Of a stretch of DNA of 64,000 bases, positions 14,064 through 26,284 are shown one piece after another. The position numbers were made by a program, and so were the translations under genes. The number at the start of each line of letters is the position of its first letter. The first letter of the stretch is position 1. The stretch is from Octopus vulgaris (Eukaryota). The stretch spans positions 57,970,001 to 58,034,000 of the forward strand of contig OX597814.1 in assembly GCA_951406725.2 (NCBI GenBank), in the 5' to 3' direction. A model generated the notes under the pieces. It was not told the DNA's origin. It saw only the letters and a program-made list of their open reading frames with translations, and did no database searches.

Positions 14064-14659
14064 CCCATCTATCTGTCTATCGAACTCTGTATATACGATA
14101 TATATATATAAAGAGAGGAAGAGAGAGAGAGAGAGATAGTCAGAGAGGGAGACAGAGAGAGAATGCCAGATGGATAAATGGATGTTTATAAGATTGACAT
14201 TTACAACATCATGATGATGATGACGTTTCGTAAACTCTTTCACCTTCATAATCTCTAACATTTGTAAGTCCATGAAGGATATTTTTTCTTCTTTCGCATC
14301 GTTATATTTGCGTTGTTATCTTTTCCATTTGAATCAGGTACCTTTTACATTTCGACTATACTTCATACTAACACGACATTTGAAAGTTTCAAAGAAACAT
14401 GATTATACTGTAAATGCCGATTTTATTTCATAATGAACATATTCATTCCCTATTACCAGTGTTTTGAAAATTTTTCTGTTTGGCTACTTCTGTTTTAATG
14501 AGTTGCATCTATGTAGAATGCAAGTTGTGTTAGTCTTCAGTGTTATTTAGTAATTATTGTGTACATTATATGCTGTGGGCAGAGAGCATACTCTTTCAGT
14601 TATAGAATTTAACAAAGTGGCTTGTGCAAAATATGGTTAGTACTTAGCTTTTATATATT

Positions 14660-14918
14660 ACTTTTCCTTGTTTCAGTCATTTGACTACAGACATGCTGGG
14701 GCGCCGCCTTAAATGATTTTAGTCGAACAAGTCGACCTTCAGGACTTCTTTCCTGTATGTTATATATATTTGTAAGTCCTGTTGTTTTTGTTATGTATTT
14801 ATCTGAATATCTTTTTATCATACTTAAAGCCTGCTATTTATGCTATAATTTCTCTTTTGCCGAACCGCTAAGATACGGGGACGTAAACGCACAAATGCAG
14901 GTTATCAAGCGGTTCTGG

Positions 14919-14969
<51 letters not shown>

Positions 14970-15150
14970 ACACACACACACACATACCATGAGCGTCTTT
15001 CAGTTTCCGTCAATCAAATCCACTCACAAGGCTTTGGTCGGCCTGAGGCTATAGTAGAAGACACTTGCCCAAGGTATCATGCAGTTAGAATGAACCTGGA
15101 ACCATGTTGCTGGGATGCAAGCTTCTTACCACACAGGCACACCAGCTCCT
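14660..15150 (-). mobile_element. SINE family B, near full length
   Basis: reverse complement of 41460-41888, including tRNA head ('gaacctggaaccatgt'), internal (CA)n and tail 'cttgtttcagtcatttgact'. Confidence 0.9.
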
Positions 15151-15164
15151 TGTAAGTAGAAGAG

Positions 15165-16310
15165 TTAATTTTTGAATTGTGTTAATGATCTGAACCTTGG
15201 AGCGCGGGTATATTTTCCTTCATATATTTTATAATTTCAACTGTCGTTGTTTTATTTTTCTCTCATGCTCTATATTCTGCTTATTTTAACTTCGACATCT
15301 ATGTATTTAGAGCGTTTCTCCATTTCCTTTTAGGCGGTGTTTGGTCAACAGTAATCGTGATACCTATTAGAATATAGGTAACATTTTCCATTAAATCTGG
15401 ACAATTTACCTCGACCCTCTTGCCAGTTTGATTATACTAGTGTCAAATTTTTGTTCAACTATGTGTGGCACATGGGTTTACATTTGGCCATTTCCTGTTG
15501 AAGTGAGGATATGTTATCTTGTGGACACTTTGCCGATTTAATCGCATCTTCCAAAACATCGGGATGCTGGAGACATTACGGTCACCCTTCTCCTTATAAT
15601 ACTTACAGAATTTGAACTTGATGTTAGTAGGTTAGCATGGTTCATTATAGTTTTGACGGTGTTTGCATCCGAGTATTTATCTTGTGTCGCTAAAATACGA
15701 TCAGTTTCTATACTAAAATACGATCAGTTTCATTGGCTGATATACTTCGTTCATTTTCATTTATGCTGATGTTTCCAGTATCCAAGAGTGTGTAATGCTA
15801 TCAAATATTTTTCGATTGTGAAACCATGCCAGGCTATGAGTCTTAGTCTTGTTTCTATCTTCAGTAATCGTTCAGTCAATTACTAGCTGTTCTTTATAAC
15901 CGTACATGGCGTTCCGTCATGTTTCCTGTTCTTCTGCTAATAGATTATTGCTATCTAGATGTTGAACCAGCCTGTTGTACACTATGGACGTAAGGGCTAT
16001 ATTTGTGATTGTCAAGTATGACAGCTGGCATATAATTTTGTGCGACTCTAGTATCTTTGTTTTGAAAATTAAGTGGTTTTCGCCTTGAAGAGACGAACAC
16101 TGAGCCTGTTTGCTTATTAGCTCATTAAATGTCACTGATATATTCAATAAGCATAGTTCAGATGCTTCTGCCAGAAATCGGTAAACATGTGAATCACAGG
16201 TGCTTTCCAATCGCAGGTAGCTCTCAGTTTATTGGTGAGTTCTGGGAGGCGTTGCTTTTGTAGCTGATAATTTTTCTCTTGTACAGTTAGAGCTTTTGCC
16301 TTGTTTTTAA
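15165..16310 (-). pseudogene. Degenerate RT of an R4/Dong-like non-LTR retrotransposon
   Basis: LTSIVYNRLVQHLDSNNLLAEEQ...MYGYKEQLVID...AWFHNRKIFDSITHSWILE corresponds to RT motifs 1-3. Confidence 0.75.
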
Positions 16311-16377
16311 TGTATGTCCTCTCTTAATAATTTTGAGAAATTGAAATATGAGCCATACCTAGTTCGCCATTTAACTT

Positions 16378-16606
16378 ATTTTAACCTTTGTCCCCCTATC
16401 AAGACTTTTCTCCATTGTTTTCGACTCTGGGCCATCATTTCTGCTTCGTTCCAGTTGAATCCCTGTTTTTCAGTACTGCCTCAGTATCTCGCCTCCGGCT
16501 ATTTTTAGGGCACCGACTCTTTTGCCTCCATTTTAGGATCTCCGTAAAAGCATGATGTGTAGTGTACAGTGTCGGTTTCCTAAAAGTGTGACCAATCCAT
16601 CCTTTT
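16378..16606 (-). pseudogene. RTE-clade LINE 3' end
   Basis: GWIGHTFRKP...RCPKNSRRRDTEA...MAQSRKQWR resembles the RTE C-terminus WIGHTLRKP...RGRPKNTWRR...AQDR..WR. Confidence 0.7.
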
Positions 16607-16747
16607 GTTGCACCACATCATATGGGAATTTTGAGATGAACGGGCTCATGCAATTGCAACACACTTTAAACGTTTCAAATGATGATGTAACATTAACAAC
16701 AACTACAACAACGACGAGATAGGCAGCAGTAGCAGAAGCAATAAAGA

Positions 16748-16890
16748 TTTCAAATTTTGGAACAAGGTTAGCAATTTCAAGGGAAGGAGTAAATCGATTA
16801 AATGGACCCCGGTGCTCAAATGGTACGGATTTTATTAACCTGTTGTTAAGTATTTTCTACAGCGTGCCAACGATTCTGTCACTTGGCTGC
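16748..16890 (-). mobile_element. SINE family A, internally deleted
   Basis: 'tttcaaattttggaacaagg...atcgattaaatggacccc...tggtac' then 'gtgccaacgattctgtc'. Confidence 0.6.
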
Positions 16891-17082
16891 TTTACTACTG
16901 CTGCTGCTGCTACTACTACAACTGAGCAAAAATTACTTAAAATACTATTGAAAGCGTGTGGATACCTAAGGTTACTGGCAGTAACCCGCTACCCACATAA
17001 ATTCTATGAACGAACCTGGGACAAATTGACCTGCCGCTAAGTAATTTGACCGGCGTGCCTACGATTCTGCCAGTTTGCTTGT

Positions 17083-17083
17083 T

Positions 17084-17144
<61 letters not shown>

Positions 17145-17165
17145 GCTGCTACTACTACTACTACC
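17083..17165. repeat. (CTA)n microsatellite
   Basis: direct reading. Confidence 0.95.
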
Positions 17166-18145
17166 AAGCAAAGAATAAGAGAACGGTTAAAAGGCTATTG
17201 AAAGTGTGAGCTAAAAACTATTGAGAGCGTGTGGATACTTAAGGTTACTGGCTGTAACTGGCTAGGTATTAACACTTTAGCCGTCTCAGTTATAAGTTAC
17301 GGCTACAATATCCTTAACTGGACACTACATGAACTAAGCAAAATAGATAGGAAAACAAGAAAAATAATGACAAGATCTAGGATGCACCACCCAAAATCTG
17401 ACATAGAAAGGCTATATATACAACGTATTGAAGGTGGTAGAGGCCTTATGCAGTTGGAAAACTATTATAAAAAAAAAAACGCCATAGGACTGCAAAAATA
17501 CCTACTTCAGAAGGAGGGAAAACTGATACAAATAGCCACAAAACACGAGCAAAACAAAAAAAAATGTTTTCAGTATTTAAGGAAGCTGACAAATACAAAC
17601 AAGAAGTCATACTACCTAACAAATATGAAGAAGAAGAAGAAACAACAAAAGCTATAAAACAAATGAAATCTAATCTAAAACTAGAACTGCAACGGACCAT
17701 ATTAAAACGATGGCAAGAAGATCCCCTTCATGGCAAATATTGGGCTTAACTAAATGCAAAAGAAATAGACCGAGAAAAACCCCAGCAATGGTTGAGAATC
17801 TCAGGACTCAAATCAGAGACTGAGGGATTTTTAATTGCAGCACAAGACCAAAGCTTCCCCACCAGAAATTACCAAAAACATAATGAAAAGAGACATATCA
17901 AGTAACTGCAGAATATGTGGAGATGGACAAGAAACAATAAATCATATTATCTCTGGCTGCCCAGTCCTGGCTAAGAAAGAATATATTGACAGACACGACA
18001 GGGTTGGTACCTACATAGACTGGAAGCAATGCCAACACTATGGAATAACAACAGAAAAAAAGATGGCAGACGCCAGAAAAGATCGCAGAAAAGGAGAAAA
18101 TAAGCATAATCTGGGATATGCTAATACACACAGATAGAGAAATTC
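17166..18145 (+). mobile_element. R4/Dong-like non-LTR retrotransposon fragment (thumb to CCHC zinc knuckle)
   Basis: INTLAVSVISY...IDRKTRKIMT...HHPKSDIERLY..R.EGGRGL; LHGKY; ETEGFLIAAQDQ; CRICGDGQETINHIISGC...YIDRHD; frameshifted. Confidence 0.9.
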
Positions 18146-18149
18146 TACT

Positions 18150-18328
18150 GGAAGCACAAGGCCTTATATTTAGGGGAAGGGATTAAGTCGATTACATCAA
18201 GTCCAGTGCGTAACTGGTACTTATTTAATCGACCCGATAGGATGAAAGCGAAGTCGACCTCGGCAGAATTTGAACGCAGAGCGTATAAACGGACGGAATA
18301 CCGCTAAGCATTTCGCCAGATTGCTACC

Positions 18329-18330
<2 letters not shown>
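18150..18330 (-). mobile_element. SINE family A
   Basis: 'actggtacttatttaatcgacccgataggatgaaagcgaagtcgacctcggcagaatttgaac'. Confidence 0.85.

Positions 18331-18391
<61 letters not shown>
18329..18391. repeat. (AAT)n microsatellite
   Basis: direct reading. Confidence 0.95.
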
Positions 18392-19484
18392 TGAACAACA
18401 AAAACAAAATACACGTACTTCGCTGATAAGCGCCATTAATTGATATTGATGAATGGAATTCCCTTTATCTCGAACATATATTTACATTTCTCTAATGAGA
18501 TTAACAAGTCTGAATGTTGAATAAAAGGATCGTGATATAATGAAAGTACTACTTAAAAGTAAACTTCTCTAGCACAAGGATAATATTCGATTAGGTTACA
18601 GCTGCACATTATTCAATTAACAGTATCAGAGACAGTTCTACTTTATGTTATATATGGTCGGTCAATAAATAGATTTCATTTGATTTTCTCATCAAATGAT
18701 GATACAAGAACGAATATCCGTGTTTAAAGGTGTGTCCAATAATGACGAATCTTCAGTGTTTCTTATCTCAATCTCTGTTCCATGAACTTATGTTTCACGT
18801 ACTAACGAACAAGGTTCTAGAAAACACATTAGAAATAGCAGTAAATCTCCTTCAACTTCCGAGAATTTGGATATTGTAAACCTAGGAATGGAATGTCCAG
18901 TAAAAGTGCTTGTTGGTCATGTTTAGAATGGCTTTAATCACAGGCAGCAAAATCATGTGTGACCTGAGGCCAAACGACAAGTCACCAACAACAATAGAAA
19001 CATATTTGTTCTCTCCCTTTACCACGTATATTTAAAGTTTCTTGAAGTTTACACATATGTTTACGAGAGCGTGTGTGCATATATATGTATATAGATGTAC
19101 ATGTATGTGCGCATGTCTATGTATGTATGTATGTATGTATGTATGTATGTATGTATGTATGTATGTATGTATGTATGTATGTATGTATGTATGTATGTAT
19201 TTGTGAATGTATATAGTTATGCCATTTATGTTACATTTTACATCATTTACACACATATATAAATACAATTACTTTCTTCTTCTCTTTATCTCTCTTTCTT
19301 TTCTCTCTGTTTTAGTTCTAATTTCCACATTTTAAATAAATTTTTAGAATCTACATTTTCTGCTCTTCCTCTACCATCTCCTATTCCTTTTCCCACTCCT
19401 CGTTGTCACGTTATCTCTAAAAATTTGATGTAGACATTCTGCTTGTAGAAAACGTGCGAAAATTTTAAAATACTTTGTTTTTTA

Positions 19485-19730
19485 TATCACGAGATTGCAG
19501 TTTCGATTCCTAAACAGGGCGGTGTGTTGTGTGCTTGAGCAAAAAACTTCATTTCACGTCGCTTTGAGATCCTGTTCACATCTGATTTGTGGCATACTTT
19601 GCACTTGCATAGGCAATATCAATTTGATGAAAGGACTTATGTGAATACAGATATTTGATCACTATAAACAAATCATCTGTGAGATTGTTCAGCGAGAATT
19701 TGCGGTCCGAGATCCGTCGGATAACGACGG
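19485..19730 (+). mobile_element. SINE family C
   Basis: 'gtttcgattcc...ttgtgtgcttgagcaaaaaacttcatttcacg...caatatcaatttgatg'; homologous to 59645-59880. Confidence 0.65.
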
Positions 19731-20028
19731 GACAGTCGGGTTTATAAATATCACACACACATACACACGCGCGCGCGCACACACGCACACACGCAGGCAC
19801 GCACGCACACGCACAATTCTTCAGCACGATAGTGTTGACAGTGACTCCGAAGTTTTCGCCTTCTAAGCCATCTTTACCGAAGTCCGATTATGATTTAGCT
19901 GGCCGAAACTTTGAAGTCACTATCTTGCTATAGAGTAAATTTATGCTCAACAAATGTATGGAATGTAAACTTGTTTTTATTATAATTGAACATAACAACA
20001 AATATATATACATATACATATATGTATA

Positions 20029-20096
<68 letters not shown>

Positions 20097-20416
20097 CATT
20101 CACACACACACAAGTAAATACATTGATAAATAAATAGAAAGAGAAACTAACGGACAGACAGAAAGACAAGCCGACAGAGACAGAGAGACAGATAGATATT
20201 AATAGTGACCTTAACGACCACAGATAGGCAGAAACATATATGCACATAGATATTATGTATGAGTGTATCGTCCTTCTACATTTTCATATCGCTGAACTTC
20301 AAGTTGACCTTAGCTAAAATGCCAAGTAACACCTTTTTGACTTAAAAGGTGTAATCTATAAAGCCTTGAGATTTATCCGAGTTCATGCGGCGGGGAAGTT
20401 AGAGATCGTATACCAC

Positions 20417-20468
<52 letters not shown>

Positions 20469-20491
20469 ATGTATATGCATATATATATATA

Positions 20492-21163
20492 TTTAAATAT
20501 TTGTTGTGCAAGATTTTTTATGTGAAGTCGTGTGTTGAAACAGATATTGTTATATTTCGGAATGGTCATTTTGCTAGTTAACAAATAAAAACACACACGC
20601 ACTATATATTTGGTGTTACTTTGCTTCAGTGTTATTTATTTTTTACGTTAATCTTAATCTTATTTCGGCCAGAGTTCTTTGGTCACATTCCTGTGACCGC
20701 ATCAGTGGTCCTTTGTTTTCTTCTTACTTATTTGTGTCTCTCCTTATTCTGGACGAGACACATTGTTTTATAAAACGAAGCTGTTGTGTTGTCACAGTTT
20801 TCTTTAGGCAACAGAATATAGTGTTCTTCAGCTTCTTGCAAGCCTGGCTATAGCTCACGTTAGTACGTTTAAATATTTGTTGTGCAAGATTTTTATGTGA
20901 AGTCGTGTTTTGAAACTGTGACAACGCAACAGCTTCGTTTTATAAAACAATGTGTCTCATCCAGAATAAGGAGAGAAACAAATAAGTAAGAAGAAAACAA
21001 AGGACCACTGATGCGGTCACAAGAGTGTGACGAAAGAACTCTGGCCGAAATAAGATTAAGATTAATGTAAAAAATAAATAACACTGAAGCAAAGTAACAC
21101 CAAATATATAGTGCGTGTGTGTTTTTTATTGGCTAAACTGGCAAAATGACCATTCCGAAATAT

Positions 21164-21170
<7 letters not shown>
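20492..21170. mobile_element. Non-autonomous PLE-like mini-element: direct repeat A (20492-20541, 20868-20916) and ~257-bp inverted repeat (20544-20800 / 20913-21170), in (TA)n
   Basis: repeats read directly (ORFs 20629+ and 20893- are mirror images); HHR-like motif in each arm. Confidence 0.75.
21005..21044 (+). ncRNA. Hammerhead-ribozyme-like motif (variant core); mirror copy at 20669-20708 minus
   Basis: cca-CTGATGC-g-gtcaca(agag)tgtgac-GAAA-gaac-TC-tgg; A9 is replaced by C. Confidence 0.5.
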
Positions 21171-21224
<54 letters not shown>

Positions 21225-21644
21225 TATGTATATATATATATGAGGTAGAAAATATTTTAGCGGAAAAACACACGTGGTGGATATAAATAGAGAAAGAGAT
21301 AAGGTGAAAATACATAGAAAATTTGATTTCACAGGATTTAAGATTATATCAGACCCATGATAATAAAGATATCATGCAATTTTCTATATGGTATCGTTCT
21401 TTCAGCATAATTGACATATGGACCTGTTTCGCATTGTTCATCAAATTTAGATGTGGAAGAGATAAATTGCTAGGGGTAAAATATTACTGGGGTAAAATAT
21501 TACTGGGGGGAAAATATTTCTAGGGGAAATAATTTTTCACTCATTTATTTTGCAGTAAACGGGAGGTAAATTTTTGTTCTCTGCTTTTATCTAGCTTATA
21601 GTTTCCATTAGATAAGTTAAGCACTTTATTTTTGATATGCTCTC

Positions 21645-21975
21645 ATAATTAATGCTGGTTTATAATTCTGGATAAATGCGACTTCTTTATTCAGTCTTAC
21701 TTGTGTTGAGGTCCAGAAGGCAAGTTGATAAAATGGGAAAATTTCAAATTGTAGTGGTGATTGTTCTGCACATTCGTCAATGTGGTATATTTGGCGATAT
21801 TGTTTGGAAGAGATTTGTTGTCTGTGAACCTTGAATCTCTTCTGGATCGAATTTCATGCTGAGCCAGTATAATTTCGATGGCAACCCGAGTATCTGATTA
21901 CGTAAATGAGGTTTTGGGAGGCGCAAGTGAAGTTAGATTTGATCTTGAATATTTGTCTCTGTCTGAAATGCCAGA
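21645..21975 (-). pseudogene. Penelope-like GIY-YIG endonuclease fragment
   Basis: FKIKSNFTCASQNLIYVIRYSGCHRNYTG...RRFKVHRQQI...HIDEC...FEIFPFYQ...RLNKEVAFIQNYKPAL. Confidence 0.85.
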
Positions 21976-23054
21976 GTGTTACCACTGTGTAGCAGAACAG
22001 CTTTGATGCTGTCCTTGGATGCATCTATGAAAAGTCGCCAGTTGGGTTTATCATATGGTATTTCAGGGATGTCCTTACAAAATTATAAGTCATCCTTCAT
22101 CGTGAATAATGCAAGCAGATCCTCTATACGTTTTTTGTACAGTATTATCTATACTCCTTTCTCAAGAAGATTACGTTCTTGAAGCCTTGATGCCAAAAAC
22201 TCACTTTTTCTTTGGTTAAATAGAGAACCTTGCACAAATAATTTAGAGCCTCTTGAGAAAATGATACTAGTTTATTCTCGATTTCTGGATCATTGGGCTG
22301 CACACATTCACCACTGGAATGTTCAACAGCACTGCTGGAACTCTGCACTTCTTGATCTGGAAGTTTGGGCGCAGGTAAATTTTCTGAGTGCTCTACTGGG
22401 CGCATTGCTGATTGCAAACTTCGGTAAACAATGTGTTTCTTTTTCTTTGCTGTAGTACAGCCTGTAAAGTCATGGTGACAGAAATAGCAATCATTAGAAT
22501 GATCTTTCCGCTCACGCCAAATCATTGGCACACCAAATTTCATGTGAACATTTTTTCCTACATTCCAGGTACTCAATGTCTTCACACATGTAAGTCAACT
22601 CACGTGAGGCGACCAGAATAAGTCCTGGGCTCCTAAGTAACAATAGAAGTACGCCTTGTATATTTTCTTGACATGGCGGGTAATCCTGCACTTTTCTTTA
22701 GCAGAAGTCAGTTCCCCACAGATATAACAGAATCTGTTTGGATCATTTTGGCACTGTCTTGCACGCATTGTTGAAAACAAATAAGATCTGAAAGATAAAA
22801 AATTAACATTAAACACAAGCTTTGAATCACATTGTAGGTGTTACTAAGATTGGTCTCTAGCAAATGGTTGAAACCCATTTTACAATGCGGTAGAGAAGTG
22901 TATTTAATAATGATAACAAAAAGGGTATTCAGTGACAATTCTGTAGAAACCAAGCCTAATTCAACAAAAAGAAGGCCAGACATGGATTTCTCATGTCATT
23001 TTGCGTATAAAAATGGCCATATATCTCTTGTACTTTTTTGAGTGTTGCACAGTA
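21976..23054 (-). mobile_element. 5' half of a Chapaev3-like (CMC) DNA transposon
   Basis: CQNDPNRFCYICGE...KAYF..LGAQDLFWSPH; FGVPMIWRE.KDHSNDCYFC; WRLFIDASKDSIKAVLLHSGN; putative end 'tactgtgcaac' at 23054; the superfamily name is from recall. Confidence 0.7.
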
Positions 23055-23261
23055 GTATTAGCAAATTCTAGAATAGAGAATGAAGAGCAGTTTCTTGCAG
23101 CTGTTTCAGCCAAGACGTCACAGTGCCCCATATGTTATTTTCATCTTTTCAGTGTAATGTAGTAATCTGTAGATAGAATTACGGTACTTAGGTAAGCCTC
23201 TAGACTTTTTCAGAGAGTTTTATATGATAGTACAAGAGGTTCATTGGGTTAATTTATGCAT

Positions 23262-23333
<72 letters not shown>

Positions 23334-23401
23334 TAGCATATATATAAATATATATGAGTATATATATATGTAAATATATATATAAATATATGTATATACA
23401 A

Positions 23402-23454
<53 letters not shown>

Positions 23455-24032
23455 TATATATATAAAAAATATACTTAATCATATCGAAGGCAAATGGAAT
23501 TTAATAGAAATTTTCAACTTCCAGTGGCCTAGTGTGTAAAACTTTAGTCCAAAGACTATGTATTACTTACAAAATACAGTTTACATTTAAGCACATAAGG
23601 AGTCCACTCGTGGGATTCCTTACGCTAGAAAGAACAGCTAGGTTCCTTCGATATGATTAAGTATTGTAAGTTTTTGGATAACTTTCGAATTTTAAAAGTT
23701 TGCATTTTTTATTGCCGCGAGGAGCTGCGACTGCGCAGTAGACTTTGAAAAAATTAGGATGTCTAAACAAGAGGCATATAATAGATCGTGTTTTATATAT
23801 TTAATCTAAGGTGTACCTGTTGACGACGATTTCAACTAGCGAATATTATTTTATTTGGTAAACCAAAATCAGAAACCAATTGGTCCAGGAAACTAGATGG
23901 TAAAGTTTTTACTTTTTCATTTCGTTCCTTTCAATAGTGTAGGCAGTAAAACTGCTTGCTACACCTTCAGACTCATTCAGCCTCTCTTCTTTCGGACTCA
24001 TTTACATAGCCGATCAAATGCTGAGCTTTTAT

Positions 24033-24405
24033 TTACGACGCGCGTGTGACGTCTTCGCCGATGTTCACTGATCTGGAGAGTGATCTGCTGAGATACGTGA
24101 ACTCATTAACAACTTTTAAGTTTTCTCCTCTGACTGTGATTGTTGGCTCTACATACTTCTTATGTAGTGCAGATAGTGCATGACCTTTGTCTTCTGAGTA
24201 CTGATTTTGAGGCCAATGTTGTTCCAGGCATTGGAAACATTGTTCATGCTGTATCTGTGCCTCTGTGGCGGAGTTGAATGTACAGTCGTCTGCGAACAGG
24301 AAGTCGTATAATGAGTCCTCTTCCACTTTGGTCTTGCCCTGTAGTCTTCGCAGGGCTAAGAATCTGTCATCTATCCTGAACCTGATTTTTACTTTGGTTG
24401 CGTCG
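24033..24405 (-). pseudogene. RTE/BovB-like LINE RT fragment
   Basis: LRRLQGKTKV...DFLFADDC...PTITVRGENLKVVNEFTYLS. Confidence 0.85.
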
Positions 24406-26284
24406 GAATGCATGTATATGCACACAAATATATGCTGAAAATGCGCACACACGCACACAGACACACACACATACACACACTCTCGGATACACAAGCACAC
24501 ACGCTCGCATACACAAGCACACACATATACGCAGACACATACAGACATACACGCACACAATAGAAACACACACACATATACAGCAATCTATTTACATCGC
24601 TACATTTCCACAGTATCATACATGAACTTAGAAATGTTAAACAATACATTTGAATAACTTATATTTCCATCGATGTGATGCAAACGTGAAATCGTCTGGT
24701 GCTAAAGTCAAATGTAGTGAGTTTATGACGAGGGCCAGACATTTAGAGAAAGATATTTTAGTTTAAGTCTTTTGTCAAGCCCTTTAGGCAAAATAAGAGG
24801 TTTATATCTTTCAGTACCAGACTGACACATGTCAAAAGGTTTTATTTTAGATGAAACCTGTATGTGAGTATATACGGAAACGCAACACATTTTATTCTGC
24901 GCAATTGTCTCATTAATTAGTGTAGTCAATAAAACTATTGTTTAATTGCGCTGGTTCTTTCTGTTGTTACCTCACGTTTCAAGCTTATATACATTTATTC
25001 CTGCGTTAAAGTACGCCCATGAGTGAGAAACTCTAGTTGTGTCGAAGTAAATAATCAATTTGAAGCACAGAGAGACACATAGAGATACATACACACATTA
25101 CACACAAAAATATACTTATAGATACATGATGTAAGATACATGTACTTAACGCTAGATCTTTTTAGTTATAAGTAGATATCGTGCTTACATCTGAGAATCC
25201 CCAGATGCGTATTGAAATTTACTCATTCTCATTGAGTTCTAAGTGCAAAGAGTAGGCATTTGTTCATTATATTCAATAAACTTTCGACATGTCATGCTAT
25301 AAATGATTTACATATAATCTGGAAATTTGGAATTATTACAAAATTAAAGGCTTCACAGTGTTAATGCATTTAACATTTGCATGTCAATAGCGATATCCTT
25401 TCACTAGCTACTCGTGGAAAATATATGAAGATTAGTATTGAATTCCCATCTCACAGAGTAGCTAAAATTTGTTTTTTATAACTACCTGGAATTGCTTTCT
25501 AAATAACTTAAAACCAATTCAACAGATATATTTCCTAATATGCACGAGGCGGCTCATGCAAGAAATAGAACGTCAAATTTAAACTGATTCGTTCAATGAT
25601 ATAATTTAAATTGATTTGTTCAATGATATAATTGAACAAAGAGATAACATTCAATCATTTATAAATATGATCGTCACAGTGTATCATGATTAATTGATTT
25701 CTTGTCTAAAAATATATATTTATTTCACAATGTATCAACTATGCATTTCACACACCTTAGGGTTTCTTATTACTACTATGTAGTAGGTTTAACAAAGACA
25801 TATGGAAATCATAATATTTAAGTGAAACATACAATTGTTAAAAAACGAAAAATGCAAAACACAATACACTCAATTGGCTTTATTTTCTTGTTCCATTAAT
25901 TAATCTCATGCGATCAGGCATTTCATATATGTGCAAGGAAGCTCTGTTAATCATTTTATATACTAACAGTTTTATATTCAATTTTATATATCAATCTCTC
26001 TTTTGTTGAGGAATGCCATGTTTGAAACTATTTTTTATTGAGATATGTCAAGTTTAGTGAGGCAACATGATTTACAGAAAATGCCAATTATATTTTTTGA
26101 TAGATATTTTACATCATCCCTGGAATAATCATGAAATGTAATTTCGCAGTGAAAGTGTTAAACCAAATTAATGGGAGTTATAACGGAGGAAAAAGGGATT
26201 CAACTGTAGTAGGATCATTTATATCATTCGTAACCTTAACAGCTCTGGTGGGTATGGAATGAATAATTTTGGAGAATAAAGTTT

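Noticed and set aside
25575-25635. Short tandem duplications (also about 15690-15731, 21472-21530, 55159-55210)
   Set aside because: Ordinary slippage duplications with no sign of function
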